A stretch of 64,000 nt of DNA from Saprospira grandis. Lineage in GTDB: Bacteria > Bacteroidota > Bacteroidia > Chitinophagales > Saprospiraceae. The stretch's first letter is position 1. Every line of letters starts with the position of its first letter. The notes below the pieces were generated by a model. It was not told the origin of the DNA. It saw only the letters and a program-made list of their open reading frames with translations, and did not search any database. The stretch spans positions 1,052,241 through 1,116,240 of the forward strand of contig NZ_CP110854.1 in the NCBI RefSeq assembly GCF_027594745.1, given 5' to 3'. Shown here piece after piece: positions 8,935 to 18,163 of the stretch. Made by a program: the position numbers and the translations under genes.

Positions 8935-9702
8935 ATGTCTACTACGCCCAATTTACTTGCCGTTAGCGAATACTTTTACAGCCTTCAGGGAGAGGGCCAA
9001 ACGATGGGAGTGCCAGCCATTTTTCTCCGCCTCTCGGGCTGCAACCTCATTTGTGGGGGCAAAGGGGCCGAAAAAGACGGCCAACTGCATGATGGCGCTA
9101 GCTGGATTTGCGACACGATGGAGGTCTGGATGAAGGGCGAAAGCCTTCCCTTTGCCCAATTGCTGCAGCGCCTAGACGATGAGTTGCAATTTAGCCAGCG
9201 CCTAGCCCAGGGGGTGCATTTGGTCATTACGGGAGGAGAACCGCTCTTGCAAGATAAGCGCATTGCGGCCTTTTTGGCCTTTGTAGAAGCAGAGCGGCAA
9301 GGACTTCGTCCTATTATTGAGGTAGAAACCAATGGTTGTTTTCTGCCCTCTGCTCCCCTATTAGAAAGGGTCAGTTACTGGAATTGTTCCCCAAAACTCC
9401 AAAACTCGGGCATGCCAGCCAAAAAACGCATTGTTCCTAAGGCCCTAAAGGGCTTGGCCCAAGAATCTGGAACCATCTTTAAGTTTGTGATCGCTCAAGC
9501 TAGTGACTTTGAAGAAATACAAAGCGATTTCTTAGACAAAGGCCTCCTCAAAAAGGAGCAATTGGTCCTTATGCCCGCTGCCGATAGCCTAGCCGCCTTG
9601 CTCGAACGCAATAAAATGGTGGCCGAAATTTGTATTCGGGAGCAAATTAGAATGTGTAGCCGCCTACATGTAGAAATTTGGGACCAACTAACAGGCGTTT
9701 AA
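8935..9702 (+). CDS. queE: 7-carboxy-7-deazaguanine synthase (radical SAM)
   Basis: YFYSLQGEGQTMGVPAIFLRLSGCNLICGG matches the QueE N-terminal motif. About 255 aa. Confidence 0.75.
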   Translation: MSTTPNLLAVSEYFYSLQGEGQTMGVPAIFLRLSGCNLICGGKGAEKDGQLHDGASWICDTMEVWMKGESLPFAQLLQRLDDELQFSQRLAQGVHLVITGGEPLLQDKRIAAFLAFVEAERQGLRPIIEVETNGCFLPSAPLLERVSYWNCSPKLQNSGMPAKKRIVPKALKGLAQESGTIFKFVIAQASDFEEIQSDFLDKGLLKKEQLVLMPAADSLAALLERNKMVAEICIREQIRMCSRLHVEIWDQLTGV

Positions 9703-9707
9703 AAAAA

Positions 9708-9880
9708 AATTGGCCCAAGGCGGGTCGGCCCTTTGGCCGAAGGCCAAACGGCCTAGCGATGCGGCGGGGTGGCCGTCAGGCCAGACCAAGGAGCCGAAGG
9801 CGACGCAGGGCCGAGCAGACCTGCGAGCCCCAAAGCGTAGCGCCGCAAGGCGAAGCCGCAGCGGAGGCCCCAAAAAAATA
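9708..9880 (-). repeat. REP/MITE-like repeat, R orientation (copy R4). It is the near-exact reverse complement of R3 and lies on the other side of queE.
   Basis: The reverse complement aligns module by module with 8745..8905. Confidence 0.8.
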
Positions 9881-9918
9881 GCCTCCTAGTCATGATATCT
9901 AGCAGGCTATTTCGGTAA

Positions 9919-10827
9919 CTATTGGCCAACTCCGCCAAAATCATCGTCAAAGGTATCTCCATTGCTGGACTCATCTTGCTGTTCAAACTCTTGGCAGACC
10001 TCTGGTTTTTCGGCCAGCAGCCAGATGTCAATTCCGGCGCCCATACTGGCCCGAGAAGCGGCAGAAGGCGACTGTCGGACCACATAAGCATTCATAGTAT
10101 CGATGATATTTGGGCCATAGCTCACCGTGCCCAAATAAAAAGCATTGCCCTTAATGATAAACTCGGCTTCTGAGAAGGTTTTGCAGCTCAGGTCGGGGAC
10201 CAATTTTTTGCCGCTATCTTTTCCTTTATAGAGCTCTAGGTCTACTTTATCGCCTTGTTTGAGCTGATAGGGTTGCTTGGGTCGGCGTTCTCCCTTACTG
10301 GGGTCGGCCTCCTTAAAGATCAGGGTTTTATCTTTGGTATAAGCGGCGGCCACCGTATTTTCTCCGCCTCCATCTACATACTTCAGTTGGCCAATTTTTA
10401 GGCCGAGCGCCTTAAATTTCTTCTCGACAAAATTGAGCGGGCGGCCAATAATCTCATTATAATAAATATTGACGGGGGGAGCGCTATTGGCGTTTACGGT
10501 CAGGTAGATGCTTCGGTTGGGCTTCACTCGGCTATTGGCCTCAGGCGATTGCTTGAGGATAATGCCAGGATTTCGTTTTGCGTTATAAATCGTATCGGTA
10601 ACCACCAGGCGGAGCTTTCGGCTTTTGAGTTGTCGCTCGGCATTTTTGACCGAAAGGCCTTTAATATCGGGTACTTCAATAGACTCATTATGGCGGGTAT
10701 AAGAGGGGAGAATGAGCCAAAAGAGCAGGACAAAGCTCAGCAGCGCAATGCCAATCATCATCCCCATATTCTTGAGGAAGAGCTTAGAGCTTAGAAAATA
10801 GTATAAAAACTTAAAAAAAGATTTCAT
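9919..10827 (-). CDS. PASTA domain-containing membrane protein
   Basis: N-terminal TM helix (MMIGIALLSFVLLFWLIL). PASTA-like segments IEVPDIKGLSVKNAERQL... Confidence 0.6.
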   Translation of the reverse strand: MKSFFKFLYYFLSSKLFLKNMGMMIGIALLSFVLLFWLILPSYTRHNESIEVPDIKGLSVKNAERQLKSRKLRLVVTDTIYNAKRNPGIILKQSPEANSRVKPNRSIYLTVNANSAPPVNIYYNEIIGRPLNFVEKKFKALGLKIGQLKYVDGGGENTVAAAYTKDKTLIFKEADPSKGERRPKQPYQLKQGDKVDLELYKGKDSGKKLVPDLSCKTFSEAEFIIKGNAFYLGTVSYGPNIIDTMNAYVVRQSPSAASRASMGAGIDIWLLAEKPEVCQEFEQQDESSNGDTFDDDFGGVGQ

Positions 10828-10983
10828 GAGAATGAGGACTTAGAAGGTTTAAATCAGGCTCAAAAATAGAACTTATTTTTGGTCCAGTCCAACTTTTTTC
10901 TTCCTTGTTTATCGGCCCAAAGAATCTGCCGGCCAACCAAAGCCCTACAAAATTGTTTTAGGAAAAATACTTATCTTGGCGGC

Positions 10984-11394
10984 ATGGCAAGAATAATGGC
11001 ATTAGATTACGGAAAAAGACGCTCGGGTTTGGCCACCACCGACCCCCTACAACTGATTGCTTCTCCACTTTGTACAGTGGCCACAGAGGAGCTATATGAC
11101 TACCTTTGCAACTATTTGCAAGAAGAAGAGGTAGAGGCTTTGGTGGTGGGCCAAGTGCTCCAAAAAGATGGGCAGCCTGTCCCGCAAGAGGCCCAAATTT
11201 TGGAATTTATTGCAAAGTTGCAAAAGCGCTTTCCCAACTTAGCGGTACACCGCCAGGATGAACACTTTACCTCTCAGATGGCCAAAGAGGTCATCCGTTT
11301 TTCGGTCAAGAAAAAGAAAAAGCGCCAAGAAAAAGGCCTAGTCGACCAAGTAAGTGCCGCCATTATCTTGCAAGAATATATGGGATTTCTTTAA
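10984..11394 (+). CDS. ruvX: Holliday junction resolvase-like protein RuvX/YqgF
   Basis: MARIMALDYGKRRSGLATTD corresponds to the YqgF N-terminal motif. Internal ATG 10984 chosen (137 aa). Confidence 0.75.
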   Translation: MARIMALDYGKRRSGLATTDPLQLIASPLCTVATEELYDYLCNYLQEEEVEALVVGQVLQKDGQPVPQEAQILEFIAKLQKRFPNLAVHRQDEHFTSQMAKEVIRFSVKKKKKRQEKGLVDQVSAAIILQEYMGFL

Positions 11395-11431
11395 GAGGCT
11401 CGGCCTCCATTTGATTGATGTATACAACAGT

Positions 11432-11989
11432 ATGAAATTAGCAATTTATGCCTACGGGCATCCTGTCTTGCGCAAAGAGTGCCAAGAAATAGAAAACAAC
11501 TCTAAGGGCCTAGAAGAGCTCATCGAAAACATGTGGGAAACCATGTACCATGCAGGTGGCATGGGGATTGCAGCCCCACAGGTGGGCCAAAGCCTTCGCC
11601 TCTTTTTAGTAGATACCCTACAACTAGATGAAGAAAAAAATGGCGAAAAAGGCCTGAAAGAGGTCTTTATCAACCCCATTATTATTGAGGAAGCTGGTAA
11701 GCCTTGGACCTATGAGGAGGGCTGCCTAAGTATTCCCAATATTCACGGAAAAGTGAAGCGAAAAGCCCAAGTTCGCATCGAATACTACGACCAAAACTTT
11801 GAACTCAAAGAAAAGGTATTTGATGGCCTCAATGCTCGGGTTATCCAACATGAGTATGACCATATCGAGGGGGTGCTATTTACCGACTACCTCTCGCCAA
11901 TGAAGAAAAGAATGCTCAAAAAGCGGCTCGATAAAATTCAGACGGGCGATATCCCGCGCCGCTATAAAATGGTTTTTGCCCGCCGCTAA
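11432..11989 (+). CDS. def: peptide deformylase
   Basis: Motifs GIAAPQVG, EGCLSIP, QHEYDHIEG. Start at ATG 11432. Confidence 0.9.
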   Translation: MKLAIYAYGHPVLRKECQEIENNSKGLEELIENMWETMYHAGGMGIAAPQVGQSLRLFLVDTLQLDEEKNGEKGLKEVFINPIIIEEAGKPWTYEEGCLSIPNIHGKVKRKAQVRIEYYDQNFELKEKVFDGLNARVIQHEYDHIEGVLFTDYLSPMKKRMLKKRLDKIQTGDIPRRYKMVFARR

Positions 11990-12008
11990 TCTAAAAAACG
12001 CCTCCCCA

Positions 12009-12722
12009 ATGTTTGTACTCAGAATTGCTTGCTGCTTGTTTTTCTCTGCTCAGCTGATGGCTCAAATGCCTAGAATTACCCTCTCTAAACAGGCGCAAAC
12101 TACACAAGCCAAAGCACAAAATAATCAAGCGACCCTCAAAATGGGCCTGCTCAAATATAAAGGGGGCGGAGATTGGTACGCCAACCCCACGGCACTGCCC
12201 AATCTGGCCAGCTTTTGCAAGCAAAAACTCTATAGCAATTTCGAGCTAGATTATGCCACCGTAGATGTAGCTAGCGCCGAAATCTTTGATTACGCCTTTC
12301 TCCACATGACAGGCCACGGAAATGTCGTTTTCTCAGATGCCGAAGCCGAAAACCTCAGAACGTATCTGATCTCTGGCGGCTTTTTGCATATCGACGATAA
12401 TTATGGCATGGACCCTTTTATCCGCCCAGCCATGAAAAAGGTCTTTCCCGAACTAGATTTTGTGGAGCTGCCCTACGACCACCCTATTTATAATATGAAT
12501 TATAAGTTTAAAGGCGGTATTCCCAAAATCCATAAGCATGACGATAAACCCGCTCAGGGTTTTGCCTTGCTCTGGGAGGGCCGAGTGGTTTGCTACTATA
12601 GCTATGAAACGGATTTAGGCAATGGTTGGGAGGACCAAGAGGTCCATAACGACCCCGAAGAAAAACGCTTGCTTTCTTTGCAAATGGGGGCCAATTTGGT
12701 CCAATACGCTTTTGAGTATTAA
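12009..12722 (+). CDS. DUF4159 domain-containing protein
   Basis: YKGGGDWYANPTALPNL...HMTGHGNVVFSDAEAENLRTYLISGGFLHIDDNYG. Confidence 0.65.
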   Translation: MFVLRIACCLFFSAQLMAQMPRITLSKQAQTTQAKAQNNQATLKMGLLKYKGGGDWYANPTALPNLASFCKQKLYSNFELDYATVDVASAEIFDYAFLHMTGHGNVVFSDAEAENLRTYLISGGFLHIDDNYGMDPFIRPAMKKVFPELDFVELPYDHPIYNMNYKFKGGIPKIHKHDDKPAQGFALLWEGRVVCYYSYETDLGNGWEDQEVHNDPEEKRLLSLQMGANLVQYAFEY

Positions 12723-12732
12723 AGCCATAAAT

Positions 12733-12767
12733 TAGCTACTGGAATCTATTTCAGTAGCTTTTTTATT
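12733..12767 (+). terminator. intrinsic terminator
   Basis: Stem agctactg/cagtagct followed by ttttttatt. Confidence 0.6.
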
Positions 12768-12910
12768 TGGGGCTGCCCCGCCCTGCGGGCGGGTCGGGCT
12801 GTCTCAGGGCTCGCAGGTCTGCTCGGCCCTTCAGCGGCTTTGCCGCTTCGGTCTGGCCTTCGGCCCCCCTTGCCCATCCCTCAGCCGGGGCGCTGCGCGC
12901 CCTCTAGGTC
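12768..12910 (+). repeat. REP/MITE-like repeat, F orientation (copy R5)
   Basis: tttggggctgccccgccctgcgggcgggtcgggctg...gctcgcaggtctgctcggccc...ggtctggccttcggcc. Confidence 0.8.
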
Positions 12911-12960
12911 CAAAAAAGGGCGAGCTAGATGAATCTAGCTCGCCCTTTTGAGTTGCTTTT
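12910..12960. terminator. bidirectional intrinsic terminator (serves the minus-strand TolC-like gene)
   Basis: Stem aagggcgagctagat/tctagctcgccctt flanked by an A-run and a T-rich run. Confidence 0.7.
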
Positions 12961-12968
12961 GCCGCCAC

Positions 12969-14354
12969 TTACCAATTGCTGGCCCACTGCCAAGCTATGC
13001 GGCTCTTGATGTAGTTGTAACGCAACTTTAGGGCCTTCAATTGGGCCTCTACATATTGCTGCTGTCGAGTATTGACAATAAATATATCCGACTCGCCCAG
13101 CATAAATTTTTCTCTTTCCGCTACCACCAATCTGCGGTAATTCTCTACGAGTTCATCGGCCAATTGGGCCTGCTTTACCGCCTGCTGTAGGGCCATAAAA
13201 TAGCTTTTGAGCTTGGTCTGCAAATCTCTTTGCTTAAAGCGAACTTTAAAGTCCAGCTTCTGCTGCTTCAGCCGATTGAGGGCCAAATCACCTCGGGCGC
13301 TGCGCATCAAAATAGGATGCTCGAGCTGTACGCCCAATTTATAATACTCCAAAGGGCTCCCTTGGCCAAATTGCAGACTTTCTCCCGCCAAAAAGTTATA
13401 CTTCAACTTAATTTTGGGCAATAATTTATTGGCCTTTAAGCGCTCTTCTAGCTCCAAACCCTGCTGCTGAAAAGCATAGCTTTGTAGCTCGGGCTGCTCC
13501 TCCAAACGGGCCAAAAGCTCCTCCAAATCACTACTATCTAAGGGCGTTAGGGGCAAGGCCAAAATAGATTGAGCCAAACTGCCCAAGGGCAAACTCTTTT
13601 CTTCTAACTCTTCGCCCCAAAGATGCCGCTCTACCTTTAAGGCCGCTTGCTCACTAGCCAAACGCGCCTCCAATTGCTTGAGGCCAGCATCCTGCCACTG
13701 AATAAAGCCCTTTAAGGTGTCTATGGCCGCAATGTCTCCCTGCAAAAAACGGTCGCGCAACTGCGACAATTGTCTAGCCTGAATTTCTCGGTTTTCTTCA
13801 TAAACAGCCAAACAGGCCTGCTTGTAGGACCAGCCCCAATAGTCTGCAGAAATATCATAGAGCAATTGGTTAATTTGGGCCAATTGCTCGGCCTGATTCT
13901 GCGATTGAAGCAATTTTGCCTGCCGAATTGCATTGCGGCGCTCGTTCTGTATCAATCCATTGAGAATAGGGACCTCTACACCCAAAAAAGCCTGCCCCGC
14001 CGCTGGCAACTGATCGGCCGGATTGAGGTAGTAGCCCTCGGCCAAACGATAACCCGCCTGAAGGTTAATCCCCCAAATGCTAGGCAGTTGCAAGTAGCTT
14101 TCAAAAATATCATAATATTCCTTGCTCTTAAATTGCTTTTGGTCCCATTTGGCCATCAACTTAGGGTCTAGCCCTCCCCTAGCCTTACGCAACTCCGCCT
14201 CAGCCGTCTGCTCCAAAAGCTGAATTTGTCGACTCAAGGGATGGTAAAGCTTTGCATTTTCTATCAGGCTTTGATAACTCAGGCTGTCTTGCGCCCGAAG
14301 CGGAAAAAGCAGCAGCAAAAGGGCGGCCGCTAAAAAAAAGGATTTCAACGACAT
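12969..14354 (-). CDS. TolC-family outer-membrane efflux protein
   Basis: Signal peptide. Highly helical, Q/L-rich and about 460 aa, consistent with the two TolC repeats. Confidence 0.65.
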   Translation of the reverse strand: MSLKSFFLAAALLLLLFPLRAQDSLSYQSLIENAKLYHPLSRQIQLLEQTAEAELRKARGGLDPKLMAKWDQKQFKSKEYYDIFESYLQLPSIWGINLQAGYRLAEGYYLNPADQLPAAGQAFLGVEVPILNGLIQNERRNAIRQAKLLQSQNQAEQLAQINQLLYDISADYWGWSYKQACLAVYEENREIQARQLSQLRDRFLQGDIAAIDTLKGFIQWQDAGLKQLEARLASEQAALKVERHLWGEELEEKSLPLGSLAQSILALPLTPLDSSDLEELLARLEEQPELQSYAFQQQGLELEERLKANKLLPKIKLKYNFLAGESLQFGQGSPLEYYKLGVQLEHPILMRSARGDLALNRLKQQKLDFKVRFKQRDLQTKLKSYFMALQQAVKQAQLADELVENYRRLVVAEREKFMLGESDIFIVNTRQQQYVEAQLKALKLRYNYIKSRIAWQWASNW

Positions 14355-14356
14355 GC

Positions 14357-15760
14357 TTATTTTTTGAGCTGATTGACAGGAGCTTTCATTTTTACTTTTT
14401 CATAGTTGATTTCGTAATAATCTGGCGGGAAACCATTGAGCTGCCGCCAAACTTCATAGCCCAAATAAACATCTTTGAGCAAAATCCGAGCTTCTGCCGC
14501 TGCGCCAACCCGCAAGCCATTCGGCCAATCTTTGGCCGCATAGGGGTCCGGAATCACCAAGGCTCTAAACATAGAGTTATCACTTACGGCATTATCTACC
14601 GCATAGACCTTTCCTTTAAAGGTACCTACCGACTGGTTGGGCCAGCCCGCAAAAACAAAGGCCGGCCAACCATCAAAGGTAAAGATGACTGTTTCCCCTT
14701 TCTGAAGTAGGGGGTAATCCATTGGCCGCACATATATTTCTACAGCAGGGGGAGGCGAAAGTGGCGCCACCGCAAGCAATTGCTCCGTTTCTTTCAAGGT
14801 CTCGCCAATTCCCTTTTTATAAATCTTAGAAACAAAGCCATCCTGAGGGGCCAAGATGTAGTAAAACTGCTGCCGATTCTGATAATTGGCCTTGGTGTTT
14901 TTCAACTTGGCCACCTTTTCTTGGCTGTCAAAACCCGCCGTCAAAGCCGAAAGACGATCCGACTCCGCCTTGGCCAATTTATCGCCATAATCTGCCCGAA
15001 TGCTATTGAGCGCAATTTTAGCATTGAGGTATTCATTTTTTGATAGCTCTAGCTTATTTTCTGCCGCATTCAGCTTGGCCTCCGTTTCTTGCATTTTGTT
15101 GCGCTTAGCCTCCAGTTCGGTCAATGATTTTAGCCCCTTCTGATAAAGCGTATCGGTCCGAAAAAACTGCTTTTCTGCAATGTTTTGGGCCATTTTGGCC
15201 GCCTCCAACTTTGCACTATCCGAGGCAATCTTAAATTTGGCCTGCTTGAGCTTGTTCTCCGCCTGCTCCAACTTGAAGCCCCTCGACTCCCGCAACAAGC
15301 GAATACGCTGCGCCAAAGCCTCCGCCTTCTGCTGATAAGATACCACAGAAGAAGATTTAGCGACCAACTGCTCATCAGTCCGCTGTACTAACTCAGGGTC
15401 CATATAGGCTACCTTAATTTCCGATAAACGCACCAGCGTATCTCCCGCATGCACCGTATCGCCTTCCTGTACATACCATTGCTCAATCCGCCCCGGAATA
15501 ATAGGGTAAACCGACTGAGGCCGATCTTCTGGCCGCAAAGAAGTTACTTTTCCCTTGGCCCGTATGTTCTGCGTCCAAGGCAAAAAAGCCATAGAAAACA
15601 AGAGAATAAAGAGCGATAGTAAGGTATAGAGCAACCAACGCCTACTCTTGGGCGTACTCACCTTCTTAAAGGCAGGATATTGCTTAATCCGCTGAATAGG
15701 CAGCGAATCGCTAGGAGAAATATTGAGCATATAAGGGTTATTCTTTTTTGTAGATGGCAA
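14357..15760 (-). CDS. HlyD-family membrane fusion / type I secretion adaptor protein
   Basis: N-terminal TM helix, long coiled-coil, and a C-terminal beta domain (...VRLSEIKVAYMDPELVQ...). Stop lies 3 nt from the tolC-like start. Confidence 0.7.
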   Translation of the reverse strand: MPSTKKNNPYMLNISPSDSLPIQRIKQYPAFKKVSTPKSRRWLLYTLLSLFILLFSMAFLPWTQNIRAKGKVTSLRPEDRPQSVYPIIPGRIEQWYVQEGDTVHAGDTLVRLSEIKVAYMDPELVQRTDEQLVAKSSSVVSYQQKAEALAQRIRLLRESRGFKLEQAENKLKQAKFKIASDSAKLEAAKMAQNIAEKQFFRTDTLYQKGLKSLTELEAKRNKMQETEAKLNAAENKLELSKNEYLNAKIALNSIRADYGDKLAKAESDRLSALTAGFDSQEKVAKLKNTKANYQNRQQFYYILAPQDGFVSKIYKKGIGETLKETEQLLAVAPLSPPPAVEIYVRPMDYPLLQKGETVIFTFDGWPAFVFAGWPNQSVGTFKGKVYAVDNAVSDNSMFRALVIPDPYAAKDWPNGLRVGAAAEARILLKDVYLGYEVWRQLNGFPPDYYEINYEKVKMKAPVNQLKK

Positions 15761-15938
15761 TTGTTTGCAAACTAACTATAAATACAAAATAAGGTTGAAT
15801 TTCTATGTGGATATTAGTTTTTTTTAACAGCCTTTTCTCTGCCCGATGGCCTTAGGCTAAATTTGTGGCTTCCGCAAAAAGGCCCTATCTTTGGCAGCGA
15901 TAATTTTGATCAAAAAATCGAGAATTGCGCATTCAGCT

Positions 15939-16568
15939 ATGAAAAAACCTTATGTTATAGGGATTACCGGGGGAAGTGGCTCGGGCAAAACCACTTTTTT
16001 ATCTGCTTTAGAACAAGAATTTGGCAAAGAGCAAATTTGTATCCTTTCTGCGGACCACTACTACCGCCCCAGAGAAGAACAAAAAGCCGATGAACAGGGA
16101 GTCCTCAATTTTGACCTCCCCTCTTCTATTAATGCCGAAGAACTAGAGCGAGATGTCCGCCAGCTGATTGCAGGCCAAGATATAGAACGAGAGGAATATA
16201 CCTTCAATAATCCTTTGGTCCAACCCAAAATGCTTAAATTTAAGGCGGCGCCCATCCTTATTTTAGAGGGTATTTTTGTCTTTCATTATCCTCAAGTCGC
16301 CGACCTGATCGACCTCAAGGTCTTTCTCTACACCAGCGAGTCTACGGCCCTTTCTCGCCGAATCAAGCGGGACCGCATTGAGCGCAATTATCCCCTAGAA
16401 GATGTGCTTTACCGCTATGAGCATCATGTGATGCCCACTTACCGACAGTATATTGCGCCCATTAAGGAGCAGGCCGATTTACTCATCAATAATAACCATA
16501 AGTTTGATGCGGGTCTTCAGGTCTTTAAGGGCTTTATCAATAATTATCTGCAAGAAGTAGAGGATTAA
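15939..16568 (+). CDS. udk: uridine kinase
   Basis: MKKPYVIGITGGSGSGKTTF P-loop. Start at ATG 15939. Confidence 0.85.
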   Translation: MKKPYVIGITGGSGSGKTTFLSALEQEFGKEQICILSADHYYRPREEQKADEQGVLNFDLPSSINAEELERDVRQLIAGQDIEREEYTFNNPLVQPKMLKFKAAPILILEGIFVFHYPQVADLIDLKVFLYTSESTALSRRIKRDRIERNYPLEDVLYRYEHHVMPTYRQYIAPIKEQADLLINNNHKFDAGLQVFKGFINNYLQEVED

Positions 16569-16569
16569 G

Positions 16570-16735
16570 TTTTTTTGGGGCCTGCGGGCCCCTTTTGCCT
16601 TGCTGCGCTGCGGCAAGGGCCCGCCGGGCTGTTGCGGGGCTCGCAGGTCTGCTCGGCCCTGCAGCCGCCTGCGGCGGCTTGGGTCTGGCCTGCGGCCCCC
16701 CCTACACATCCCTAGGCCGGGGCCATTTTTTTCAG
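16570..16735 (+). repeat. REP/MITE-like repeat, F orientation (copy R6)
   Basis: ttttttggggcctgcgggcc...ggggctcgcaggtctgctcggccctgcagcc...ggtctggcctgcggcc...catccctaggcc. Confidence 0.8.
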
Positions 16736-16764
16736 GCTGCTCTTTACTCCCCAACCCTTTGCCC

Positions 16765-17979
16765 ATGTTTTCACGCCTTTTTTCTGCTCCGCCCTCGGCC
16801 TTTTCGGCTGTTAGTACCTTGATTGTCAAAGTGACTTATCGTTGCAATTTAGATTGTTTGTATTGCTATGAGAAAGTAAGCAAAACGGGCCAAGATATGT
16901 CTATTGAGCAGTTTAAAGAGCTGGTAGATTTGAGTTTGGGCCAAACTTCTTCTCCTCAACTCACTTTTCTTTTTCATGGGGGCGAGCCTACCCTCTTGCC
17001 CATTCCTTGGTATGAGGAGGGCCTAGATTATGCCTTGGCCCAGGCCAAAAAATGGGGAAAAACGGTTCATTTTGCCATGCAAAGCAATTTGGTCCGTCTA
17101 AAAGAGGAGTATATTCAGTTATTTCAGCGCTATAAGATAGCCTTGGGGGTCAGTTTGGACCAGCCCGTTTTCCTGCTAGACGACAGCCAGCGAGGAGGCG
17201 AGACCAAGGTCTTTAAGAACTTTAAACGCCTACAGGCCGCCAAGGTCAAAGCGGGGGTTTTGGCCACCATCAACAGCAGCAACTACCCCAACTTTTATAC
17301 CCTTTGCGAATGGCTGTGGAGCGAGGCCAAGCAGCGCTCTTTTAAGGCCAATGTGGTCACGCCAGTGGGGGCTGCCCATGGGCAGCCCCCACTGCAGGCC
17401 GAGCAAATTTTTATGGCCCAAAAAGCCATTATTGACTATATGATAGCGACCCAAGGACAGGCCCTCATAGAGAGTAATATTGCCTTGGAGTTGGGGCGTT
17501 ATTTTGAGCCAGAGCAGGCGCAAAGCACCCTTTGCCATGAAAAAACCTGTGGGGCGGGCCGTTCGGCCTTGGGGATTACGCCAGAGGGGCATTTATTGCC
17601 TTGTGGGCGCTTTGCTTGGAACGAGCCTGCTTACTATTTGGGCCATCTTTCTGAGCAGCGGCAAGCCAGCCGAAAAGAGAAAAAGCAATTGGCCCAAAAA
17701 ATTGCCGACTTTCATGCGCAAAAGCCAGAAAACTGGTACGATTGCGAAAGTTGTCCCGCCCAAAAAGTCTGCGGTTATGGCTGTCAGGCCTTCATTCTCC
17801 GCTCTGAGGAGCAAGCCAATCTAGACTGCCTGCCGACCAAAATGCGTTTTGCTTATTATCAGGAAAAAGAAGTGGCTTTAAAGGCTGTTTTTGACAACAT
17901 CCAAAAGCGGCAGGCGGGTCCCAGTCGCCAATTTCGGATTAAGGACCAAAACGGGCAATGGAAAAGCTACAAACTTTAG
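16765..17979 (+). CDS. radical SAM / SPASM-domain protein (anSME-like maturase family)
   Basis: YRCNLDCLYCYE (CxxxCxxC). C-terminal Cys clusters CHEKTCGAGRS...LLPCGRF and CESCPAQKVCGYGCQA. The ORF-track N-terminus lies in a repeat, so ATG 16765 was chosen. Confidence 0.7.
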   Translation: MFSRLFSAPPSAFSAVSTLIVKVTYRCNLDCLYCYEKVSKTGQDMSIEQFKELVDLSLGQTSSPQLTFLFHGGEPTLLPIPWYEEGLDYALAQAKKWGKTVHFAMQSNLVRLKEEYIQLFQRYKIALGVSLDQPVFLLDDSQRGGETKVFKNFKRLQAAKVKAGVLATINSSNYPNFYTLCEWLWSEAKQRSFKANVVTPVGAAHGQPPLQAEQIFMAQKAIIDYMIATQGQALIESNIALELGRYFEPEQAQSTLCHEKTCGAGRSALGITPEGHLLPCGRFAWNEPAYYLGHLSEQRQASRKEKKQLAQKIADFHAQKPENWYDCESCPAQKVCGYGCQAFILRSEEQANLDCLPTKMRFAYYQEKEVALKAVFDNIQKRQAGPSRQFRIKDQNGQWKSYKL

Positions 17980-17989
17980 GGGCCGAAGA

Positions 17990-18145
17990 ACAGCCTTTAG
18001 CCTGAAAAGGGGAGATGAGCGGCCCAGCGCTGCGCAGCGGTGGCCGCAGGCCAGACCCAGCGGGCGAAGCCCGCGCAGGGCCGAGCAGACCTGCGAGCCG
18101 CGGAGCATAGCGGCGGCCAGCGAAGCTGGCCGCGGGCCCCAAAAC
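17990..18145 (-). repeat. REP/MITE-like repeat, R orientation (copy R7)
   Basis: gggccgagcagacctgcgagccgcgg...gcgggccccaaaaccc. Confidence 0.8.
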
Positions 18146-18163
18146 CCACTGATTATAAAAAAA

